A stretch of 64,000 nucleotides of DNA. It comes from Mayamaea pseudoterrestris. Taxonomy: Eukaryota. The notes under the pieces were generated by a model. It did not search any database and had not been told where the DNA came from. It saw nothing but the letters and a program-made list of their open reading frames with translations. The stretch lies in assembly GCA_027923505.1 (NCBI GenBank), contig BROI01000001.1, positions 2,294,001 to 2,358,000 of the forward strand, read 5' to 3'. Shown piece after piece: positions 48,831-59,200 of the stretch (positions are counted from its first letter, which is position 1; the number at the start of each line of letters is the position of its first letter). A program made the position numbers and the translations under genes.

Positions 48831-49541
48831 TCATACAATGGGCGCCGCCATACATTCAAGCGCCTTGTCTTCATCGCCGTCACACTCCTTCAGCTTGGTC
48901 AAGAATAGTTTAGCCTTTTTGACTCCGAGCAATTCATATCCCTTCTTTGGCGTATAAAAGTAATTGTCGCGTCTCGGTCCTTTTCGGCCTCCAGTCTTGC
49001 GCAAAACGACCCGCTGTCGCCATCCGTCAGGCCATGCTCCGCCGTACACCAACGAAAGCGGTTCGACGGGTGGACCGTCGTGTACGAGCATCAAGCCACC
49101 CGCCAATGGTTGCTGCATGCCGGATTCCTCAACAGCGACTTCTTCTGCTGCATGCGCTCGACTTTCTTCTTGACTTGTAGTAGTAGTACTAATCGCTGCT
49201 GCCGCTGCCGCAGCTGCTGCTGCTACTTGGACGGCGTGCGTATGATTGGGAGAATTTGATCGTCCGTGCTTTTTGGAAAGAACATCAGCTACAACTTCAT
49301 CCGACAAGACCTCAATCGCATGCGTAAAATCAACTTGATTGTTTTCAACGCTATTGGCCGCTGCATCCAAAAGTTCCTGCTTGTATTTGACCGTTCGAGG
49401 TGTTTCCGGTTGTTGATTGTGCGGATCAGCAGCGTAAACGTCCTCCGCCTCATCTTCCACGTCATCATCCTTGAGACACGCCAGATCGTCGGCGTCTTCC
49501 CGCAACGCATTTTCATGGTCCTTTTCCTCTGACTCGGACAT
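48831..49541 (-). CDS. Small acidic protein with a C-terminal methyl-CpG-binding-domain (MBD)-like motif
   Basis: WPDGWRQRVVLRKTGGRKGPRRDNYFYTPKKG matches the MBD pattern PxGWxRxxxxRxxG....DxYYxxPxG. Confidence 0.65.
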   Translation of the reverse strand: MSESEEKDHENALREDADDLACLKDDDVEDEAEDVYAADPHNQQPETPRTVKYKQELLDAAANSVENNQVDFTHAIEVLSDEVVADVLSKKHGRSNSPNHTHAVQVAAAAAAAAAAISTTTTSQEESRAHAAEEVAVEESGMQQPLAGGLMLVHDGPPVEPLSLVYGGAWPDGWRQRVVLRKTGGRKGPRRDNYFYTPKKGYELLGVKKAKLFLTKLKECDGDEDKALECMAAPIV

Positions 49542-49979
49542 GACGCTACGTACAGTAGACTTTAGATACGTGAAGGAATGGCAGCAAACGGGGCGAAAAT
49601 AATAATGGCGATGCGGTGCGGCGCGCCATTAACGTCTGTCGTAGCGGTTACAGCTGCGACAAATCAATGCTCCGTACTGCAGTAACTCGTATAGTATATT
49701 ATACCAATGCCGGTAGTCCCTTTCTCCTTTGATCTGCGCCTTCTTCCTTTACGTTTTACTTGTACAACAAAAAGTTAATAACGAATGTAGGATACTAAAA
49801 CGCAGTCTCCCAAAGTTGTTACTGTACACAGGCATGGCGCTTGATGCGCCCAAAGACGAATCAATGATATCTGCGCAAACATTCCATTGCAACACTTGAT
49901 AAGAAAGGAGAGTGGTCGCACAAGCAAGTATATCAATGACTAGCGTCAGACTTTCAGACTTTGTTCGCCGTTACACTGT

Positions 49980-50786
49980 TCACTTGATTTTCGGTGCAGG
50001 TTCTATTCCAAGTCGCTTCCGCAAATCCACTAGTGGTGTTTCCCATTCGCGTTCGTAATAAACCGTCATCAAAGCTCCAAATTCCATCTGCTGCGAAACT
50101 CTCTTGGCCCATGGCAAGTATACCTTCCAAAGTATCGAGTGCTGCTGCGCATCCAGTCGCAAGGATCCAACCGTTCCGCTCAACGCAGCAAGTGGCAAGC
50201 CCGTTTGAAAAAGTTCCAACCACTTTAAACCAAGCTCGCCCAAGACCGTCGGTGGCAAGTTTGTTAGCGTATGAAAAAAATCATGAGACTGTCGATACCG
50301 AAGCATGACATACGCCAAATCGGGGTCGCAAATGTGCTTGATTTCGTCTCGATCGTCGGGATCAAATCCATGCTTGTGAAGAAAGGCGCCGTAGGCTTGT
50401 CCAAAAGTAATTCTGTCGGAAGGCGTCGCGTGAATAGATTCACTGCTTTGCAAAAGACGTTCATATGGTATGTTTTCCTTGGAAACGATGGGACGTTCCA
50501 GCATTATAAGTCTTCCTTGTTTGTCGTTGAGCATGACGTCGTGCAGTTTCTGCAATGCCAAATGACCAGTCAATTCACCTACGACAGCCACTGCATCAGC
50601 TCTTGTAGGATCTAAAACCGCCGCCATTGCATTTTGCACAAGTGTAATCATATTGGATGGCGATTGCGTTTGCGACTGCGATCGAGGGCACCCATAGAAT
50701 GGAATGCCGTCGCTAGCAAATGGTCGAGTTCGTTGCCCAAGCGCACGTCTAGAGGGGATTTTGACATTGTGAATTGTTAACCGCAT
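49980..50786 (-). CDS. COQ4: Ubiquinone biosynthesis protein COQ4
   Basis: Motifs DPTRADAVAVVGELTG, TFGQAY, YVMLRYRQSHDFFHTL...GELGLKWLELFQTGLP and VYYEREWE; basic, mitochondrial-like N-terminus. Confidence 0.93.
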   Translation of the reverse strand: MRLTIHNVKIPSRRALGQRTRPFASDGIPFYGCPRSQSQTQSPSNMITLVQNAMAAVLDPTRADAVAVVGELTGHLALQKLHDVMLNDKQGRLIMLERPIVSKENIPYERLLQSSESIHATPSDRITFGQAYGAFLHKHGFDPDDRDEIKHICDPDLAYVMLRYRQSHDFFHTLTNLPPTVLGELGLKWLELFQTGLPLAALSGTVGSLRLDAQQHSILWKVYLPWAKRVSQQMEFGALMTVYYEREWETPLVDLRKRLGIEPAPKIK

Positions 50787-51139
50787 CTTCCAGTGATAAA
50801 AGTATCAGTAGGGAACGAATGACTATGTATTTGCTTGACAATGGTAGGAACATGCGTCAATTTCCCATGGCGATGGGCGAGTACGAAACGATCGTCGGGA
50901 TCCAGTATGATAACCGCTACGATGTTGCTTCGGTACACTTTGTTCTATACTACCAATAAGTTTGATTCAAAGTTATGGCGTACACTACTTGTACAGTAGA
51001 ACGCTGGCCAGACGTTGCATCATCACCGCCGTCCATTATTCGAACGCGAGATTCGTTCGTCGCCGCGCCTCATCCTTCGACTCGCCACAAGTTCCATCCA
51101 CTGTCGAATACGAGCATACCTAAACCGTAGCACGTAAGC

Positions 51140-52565
51140 ATGCCTGCTCCTTCGTATACCCTCTATGCTCCAGAGGCTTCCTTTCGTGCCTTTTCGGTTC
51201 TAATTGCTGCCGAATACAATGGCGTTTCGATCAATGTAGATACTGACTTGAAGCATGCCTCCAAGAGCCCCGTCGGCAAGCTTCCCTTGCTGCAGTTGCC
51301 TGATGGATCAACCATCTTCAGTAGTCATGCCATGGCCAAGTATGTCGCTGGCTTGAGACGCGATACTGGATTGCTTGGCGAAACTTCGCAGGAAACGGCG
51401 GCGATTGACGCTTGGATGGATTGGGCTTCACATGATGTTGAGCTTCCAGCCTGCGTTTGGTTTTATCCGGCAGCGGGATACATTCCCTTTCAAGAAAATG
51501 CGTAAGTTCATAATGCGATCGGAGAATGGACGTGCTAGATGTCGTGATCACAGGGTTGCGTGCTTTGTTCGTGTCGCGCAAAGTGAAATGGCGAGTTGTC
51601 AATCCTTGATGAGTAACGACTTGTCACGCTTCGTCGGTAATTAACTTTACAGAATTTACTGACATTTTCGGCAATCAATTCTTTCCTATTCCTTTAGCTA
51701 CATCAAGGCCAAGACGGACCTTGCTGCCGCATTGACTGTCCTTGACGGATATTTGCTCGACAAGACGTACTTGGTTAGTAATCAGGTGACGCTTGCTGAC
51801 ATTGTCGTTGCTTCGACTTTGTTGTATCCATTCAAATTGGTTTGCGACAAGAACTTTATCAAGCCATTTGGAAATGTCATGCGTTGGTTCAATACCTGCG
51901 TCAATCAGCCTGAATTTGTCCAAGTCGTCGGCAAGGTGACGTTATGCAAAAAGGAGTTGTTAGCCAAGGGACAGTCCGCCGGAGGAGCGGCGGCTCCTAA
52001 GAAGGACGCCAAGAAGAAGGAGGACAAGAACGAAGCAGCTGCCGAAGTCGATTCGGAAGTTGCGCCTGTTAAGAAGGAGGAGCACCCCTATAAGATTATG
52101 GACCGTGAGACACCCTCGCCATTCATCATGGACGCTTGGAAGAAGCAGTATTCCAACGCACCTACTTACGAGGAGTCGATGAAGTGGTTTTGGGAAAATT
52201 TTGACGCCAATGGCTATTCCCTCTGGTTGCAAAACTACAAGTACAATGAAGAAAACAAGATGGTCTTCATGACAAGTAATGCCGTTGGAGGCTTTCAACA
52301 GCGCAGCGATGAAGTTCGCAAGTGGGCATTTGGTGTCATGGATGTGCTTGGAACGGAAGACACTACGCTCGAAATCAAGGGTGTTTGGTTACTGCGTGGA
52401 CAGACGGTGGAATATTTGCTGGCGGCGAACGACGATGCCAACTGGTACGACTGGACTAAGCTTGACCCAACGAATGAAGAACACAAGCAGATTGTTCAGG
52501 ATTACTGGTGCAGCGAGGAAACCCTCGAAGACAAGCCAATTCAGGACAGCAAAGTGTTCAAGTAG
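51140..52565 (+). CDS. EEF1G: Translation elongation factor 1B-gamma; exons 51140-51501 and 51698-52565
   Basis: GST-like N-terminal domain (SPVGKLPLL, TLADIV, NVMRWFNTCVNQPEF) plus EF1G domain (FIMDAWKKQYSN, YKYNEE, FMTSNAVGGFQQR); GTAAGT...TAG intron. Confidence 0.95.
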
Positions 52566-53203
52566 TGCCTGTGTGAGTGCAGCTGCCTGTGGGTGTTAGG
52601 GGTGCGACAAGTGGCTTTTGAGGTGTGACATGCTTTGAAGTTGGACGAATGCCTGATGTGGTCATGTTGCATGTTGAAAAATCTTTAGACCGGCTTGTAA
52701 TAATTATTTTAGTATCAATATAAGCAAGTACTGTATGTGACTTTGGCAACCCTGTAGGAGTTCTCCCCATGACCTTTCTCCCTACGACAAATGTCGGTGG
52801 CACAGCCTTAGAGGGTGAGCACCCATCGTAGTATCACTGACCCGTACGAAGTAGGGTCCAGTGAGTACAAACTTTCTCGCGTCTGTCACTCAAGATGTCT
52901 GTACGACTAGGGTAATGAAACTTCAACGTACAGAACCCGTCATGTCACCTAGGACGCAGGCTACCAATCCGCTACATCGCGTCACCCCCCTTAGCCTAGA
53001 CCTGGGTGACACATCCTTTTAAAACACTCTTACGATCCAGCACTGTACCAAGTACGCCCATTGGCATCCGTCTGGGCTTGAATCAACTGGGACTGCGCAG
53101 TGTTGGCGCGCTGCTGGGTTCGCTGCTGGGCTGAGTTGGCTAAGAACTGACGCAAGAAGCTATCCGGCTGCCCCCCACTGGTTACACTAGGAGCAGTTCC
53201 TGG

Positions 53204-56200
53204 TGGGTAGTACTGCGGATCTGGAAGCAGGCAACGTGCAGGAAGCAAATGCACAAAGTGAATGCACTATACAATATCCATTTGTGACCTTGGATCATGC
53301 CCCAAGCCAGTTTACAAAGAGATTGTGGGGATCTGATGTTTGCCACTGCTAGGGTAGGCAGTCACATAGTACCTGCTAACTGAAGCTGCTGACCTGAAGG
53401 CAAAAGGCAAGCAGGAGGCTGATGTGCAAAACAAATTCACCAAGGAGGTATGTCTTGTGCCCTCGGATCATGCACAGTGGCTGTACACATAGAGTGTGTG
53501 GGCACTTCATGTTTGCCACTGCTAGGTTGGTGTTCGGCAGTTGGGTAGTACATACCAGCAACTTCTGTGGATCTGGAAGCAGGCAACATGCAGGAGGCAA
53601 ATGCACAAAGTGAATGCACTATACAATATCCATTTGTGACCTTGGATCATGCCCCAAGCCAATTTACAAAGAGATTGTGGGGATCTGATGTTTGCCACTG
53701 CTAGGGTAGGCAGTCACATAGTACCTGCTAACTGAAGCTGCTGACCTGAAGGCAAAAGGCAAGCAGGAGGCTGATGCGCAAAACAAATTCACCAAGGAGG
53801 TATGTCTTGTGCCCTCGGATCATGCACAGTGGCTGTACGCATAGAGTGTGTGGGCACTTCATGTTTGCCACTGCTAGGTTGGTGTTCGGCAGTTGGGTAG
53901 TACATACCAGCAACTTCTGCGGATCTGGAAGCAGGCAACATGCAGGAGGCAAATGCACAAAGTGAATGCACTATACAATATCCATTTGTGACCTTGGATC
54001 ATGCCCCACGCCAGTTTACAAAGAGATTGTGGGGATCTGATGTTTGCCACTGCTAGGGTAGGCAGTCACATAGTACCTGCTAACTGAAGCTGCTGACCTG
54101 AAGGCAAAAGGCAAGCAGGAGGCTGATGCGCAAAACAAATTCACCAAGGAGTATGTCTTGTGCCCTCGGATCAAGCACAGTGGCTGTACGCATAGAGTGT
54201 GTGGGCACTTCATGTGTGCCACTGCTAGGTTGATGTTCGGCAGTTGGGTAGTACATACCAGCAACTTCTGCGGATCTGGAAGCAGGCAACATGCAGGAGG
54301 CAAATGCACAAAGTGAATGCACTATACAATATCCATTTGTGACCTTGGATCATGCCCCAAGCCAGTTTACAAAGAGATTGTGGGGATCTGATGTTTGCCA
54401 CTGCTAGGGTAGGCAGTCACATAGTACCTGCTAACTGAAGCTGCTGACCTGAAGGCAAAAGGCAAGCAGGAGGCTGATGCGCAAAACAAATTCACCAAGG
54501 AGGTATGTCTTGTGCCCTCGGATCATGCACAGTGGCTGTACGCATAGAGTGTGTGGGCACTTCATGTTTGCCACTGCTAGGTTGGTGTTCGGCAGTTGGG
54601 TAGTACATACCAGCAACTTCTGCGGATCTGGAAGCAGGCAACATGCAGGAGGCAAATGCACAAAGTGAATGCACTATACAATATCCATTTGTGACCTTGG
54701 ATCATGCCCCAAGCCAGTTTACAAAGAAATTGTGGGGATCTGATGTTTGCCACTGCTAGGGTAGGCAGTCACATAGTACCTGCTAACTGAAGCTGCTGAC
54801 CTGAAGGCAAAAGGCAAGCAGGGAGGCTGATGCGCAAAACAAATTCACCAAGGAGGTATGTCTTGTGCCCTCGGATCATGCACAGTGGCTGTACGCATAG
54901 AGTGTGTGGGCACTTCATGTTTGCCACTGCTAGGTTGGTGTTCGGCAGTTGGGTAGTACATACCAGCAACTTCTGCGGATCTGGAAGCAGGCAACATGAT
55001 GGGAGGCAAATGCACAAAGTGAATGCACTATACAATATCCATTTGTGACCTTGGATCATGCCCCAAGCCAGTTTACAAAGAGATTGTGGGGATCTGATGT
55101 TTGCCACTGCTAGGGTAGGCAGTCACATAGTACCTGCTAACTGAAGCTGCTGACCTGAAGGCAAAAGGCAAGCAGGAGGCTGATGCGCAAAACAAATTCA
55201 CCAAGGAGGTATGTCTTGTGCCCTCGGATCATGCACAGTGGCTGTACGCATAGAGTGTGTGGGCACTTCATGTTTGCCACTGCTAGGTTGGTGTTCGGCA
55301 GTTGGGTAGTACATACCAGCAACTTCTGCGGATCTGGAAGCAGGCAACATGCAGGAGGCAAATGCACAAAGTGAATGCACTATACAATATCCATTTGTGA
55401 CCTTGGATCATGCCCCAAGCCAGTTTACAAAGAGATTGTGGGGATCTGATGTTTGCCACTGCTAGGGTAGGCAGTCACATAGTACCTGCTAACTGAAGCT
55501 GCTGACCTGAAGGCAAAAGGCAAGCAGAAGGCTGATGCGCCAAAAAAATTCACCAAAGAGGTATGTCTTGTGCCCTCGGATCATGCACAGTGGCTGTACG
55601 CATAGAGTGTGTGGGCACTTCATGTTTGCCACTGCTAGGTTGGTGTTCGGCAGTTGGGTAGTACATACCAGCAACTTCTGCGGATCTGGAAGCAGGCAAC
55701 ATGCAGGAGGCAAATGCACAAAGTGAATGCACTATACAATATCCATTTGTGACCTTGGATCATGCCCCAAGCCAGTTTACAAAGAGATTGTGGGGATCTG
55801 ATGTTTGCCACTGCTAGGGTAGGCAGTCACATAGTACCTGCTAACTGAAGCTGCTGACCTGAAGGCAAAAGGCAAGCAGGAGGCTGATGCGCAAAACAAA
55901 TTCACAAAGGAGGTATGTCTTGTGCCCTTGGATCATGCACAGTGGCTGTACGCATAGAGTGTGTGGGCACTTCATGTTTGCCACTGCTAGGTTGGTGTTC
56001 GGCAGTTGGGTAGTACTTACCAGCAACTTCTGCGGATCTGGAAGCAGGCAACATGCAGGAGGCAAATGCACAAAGATAATGCACTATACAATATCCATTT
56101 GTGACCTTGGATCATGCCCCAAGCCTGTTTACAAAGAGATTGTGGGGATCTGATGTTTGCCACTGCTAGGGTAGGCAGTCACAAAGTACCTGCTAACTGA

Positions 56201-59200
56201 AGCTGCTGACCTGAAGGCAAAAGGCAAGCAGGAGGCTGATGCGCAAAACGAATTCACCAAGGAGGTATGAATTGTGCCCTCGGATCATGCACAGTGGCTG
56301 TACGCATAGAGTGTGTGGGCACTTCATGTTTGCCACTGCTAGGTTGGTGTTCGGCAGTTGGGTAGTACATACCAGCAACTTCTGCGGATCTGGAAGCAGG
56401 CAACATGCAGGAGGCAAATGCACAAAGTGAATGCACTATACAATATCCATTTGTGACCTTGGATCATGCCCCAAGCCAGTTTACAAAGAGATTGTGGGGA
56501 TCTGATGTTTGCCACTGCTAGGGTAGGCAGTCACATAGTACCTGCTAACTGAAGCTGCTGACCTGAAGGCAAAAGGCAAGCAGGAGGCTGATGCGCAAAA
56601 CAAATTCACCAAGGAGGTATGTCTTGTGCCCTCGGATCATGCACAGGGCTGTCCATAGAGTGTGTGGGCACTTCATTTGCTAAGTTGGTGTTCGGCAGTT
56701 GGGTAGTACATACCAGCAACTTCTGCGGATCTGGAAGCAGGCAACATGCAGGAGGCAAATGCACAAAGTGAATGCACTATACAATATCCATTTGTGACCT
56801 TGGATCATGCCCCAAGCCAGTTTACAAAGAGATTGTGGGGATCTGATGTTTGCCACTGCTAGGGTAGGCAGTCACATAGTACCTGCTAACTGAAGCTGCT
56901 GACCTGAAGGCAAAAGGCAAGCAGGAGGCTGATGCGCAAAACAAATTCACCAAGGAGGTATGTCTTGTGCCCTCGGATCATGCACAGTGGCTGTACGCAT
57001 AGAGTGTGTGGGCACTTCATGTTTGCCACTGCTAGGTTGGTGTTTGGCAGTTGGGTAGTACATACCAGCAACTTCTGCGGATCTGGAAGCAGGCAACATG
57101 CAGGAGGCAAATGCACAAAGTGAATGCACTATACAATATCCATTTGTGACCTTGGATCATGCCCCAAGCCAGTTTACAAAGAAATTGTGGGGATCTGATG
57201 TTTGCCACTGCTAGGGTAGGCAGTCACATAGTACCTGCTAACTGAAGCTGCTGACCTGAAGGCAAAAGGCAAGCAGGAGGCTGATGCGCAAAACAAATTC
57301 ACCAAGGAGGTATGTCTTGTGCCCTCGGATCATGCACAGTGGCTGTACGCATAGAGTGTGTGGGCACTTCATGTTTGCCACTGCTAGGTTGGTGTTCGGC
57401 AGTTGGGTATTACATACCAGCAACTTCTGCGGATCTGGAAGCAGGCAACATGCAGGAGGCAAATGCACAAAGTGAATGCACTATACAATATCCATTTGCG
57501 ACCTTGGATCATGCCCCAAGCCAGTTTACAAAGAGATTGTGGGGATCTGATGTTTGCCACTGCTAGGGTAGGCAGTCACATAGTACCTGCTAACTGAAGC
57601 TGCTGACCTGAAGGCAAAAGGCAAGCAGGAGGCTGATGCGCAAAACAAATTCACCAAGGAGGTATGTCTTGTGCCCTCGGATCATGCACAGTGGCTGTAC
57701 GCATAGAGTGTGTGGGCACTTCATGTTTGCCACTGCTAGGTTGGTGTTCGGCAGTTGGGTAGTACATACCAGCAACTTCTGCGGATCTGGAAGCAGGCAA
57801 CATGCAGGAGGCAAATGCACAAAGTGAATGCACTATACAATATCCATTAGTGACCTTGAATCATGCCCCAAGCCAGTTTACAAAGAGATTGTGGGGATCT
57901 GATGTTTGCCACTGCTAGGGTAGGCAGTCACATAGTACCTGCTAACTGAAGCTGCTGACCTGAAGGCAAAAGGCAAGCAGGAGGCTGATGCGCAAAACAA
58001 ATTCACCAAGGAGGTATGTCTTGTGCCCTCGGATCATGCACAGTGGCTGTACGCATAGAGTGTGTGGGCACTTCATGTTTGCCACTGCTAGGTTGGTGTT
58101 CGGCAGTTGGGTAGTACATACCAGCAACTTCTGCGGATCTGGAAGCAGGCAACATGCAGGAGGCAAATGCACAAAGTGAATGCACTATACAATATCCATT
58201 TGTGACCTTGGATCATGCCCCAAGCCAGTTTACAAAGAGATTGTGGGGATCTGATGTTTGCCACTGCTAGGGTAGGCAGTCACATAGTACCTGCTAACTG
58301 AAGCTGCTAACCTGAAGGCAAAAGGCAAGCAGGAGGCTGATGCGCAAAACAAATTCACCAAGGAGGTATGTCTTGTGCCCTCGGATCATGCACAGGTTTC
58401 TGTACGCATAGAGTGTGTGGGCACTTCATGTTTGCCACTGCTAGGTTGGTGTTCGGCAGTTGGGTAGTACATACCAGCAACTTCTGCGGATCTGGAAGCA
58501 GGCAACATGCAGGAGGCAAATGCACAAAGTGAATGCACTATACAATATCCATTTGTGACCTTGGATCATGCCCCAAGCCAGTTTACAAAGAGATTGTGGG
58601 GATCTGATGTTTGCCACTGCTAGGGTAGGCAGTCACATAGTACCTGCTAACTGAAGCTGCTGACCTGAAGGCAAAAGGCAAGCAGGAGGCTGATGCGCAA
58701 AACAAATTCACCAAGGAGGTATGTCTTGTGCCCTCGGATCATGCACAGTGGCTGTACGCATAGAGTGTGTGGGCACTTCATGTTTGCCACTGCTAGGTTG
58801 GTGTTCAGCAGTTGGGTAGTACATACCAGCAACTTCTGCGGATCTGGAAGCAGGCAACATGCAGGAGGCAAATGCACAAAGTGAATGCACTATACAATAT
58901 CCATTTGTGACCTTGGATCATGCCCCAAGCCAGTTTACAAAGAGATTGTAAGGATCTGATGTTCGCCACTGCTAGGGTAGGCAGTCACATAGTACCTGCT
59001 AACTGAGCTGCTGACCTGAAGGCAAAAGGCAAGCAGGAGGCTGATGCGCAAAACAAATTCACCAAGGAGGTATGTCTTGTGCCCTCGGATCATGCACAGT
59101 GGCTGTACGCATAGAGTGTGTGGGCACTTCATGTTTGCCACTGCTAGGTTGGTGTTCGGCAGTTGGGTAGTACATACCAGCAACTTCTGCGGATCTGGAA

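Noticed and set aside
52590..52605. Single TTAGGG near the satellite boundary
   Set aside because: One hexamer is expected by chance, and there is no telomeric tract in the window.
56640..56690. Satellite copy with several clustered small deletions (unit ~341 bp), plus noisy copies near 54820-55000 and 55525-55560
   Set aside because: Clustered private indels in a repeat array are as easily explained by long-read consensus error. They cannot be interpreted without the raw reads.
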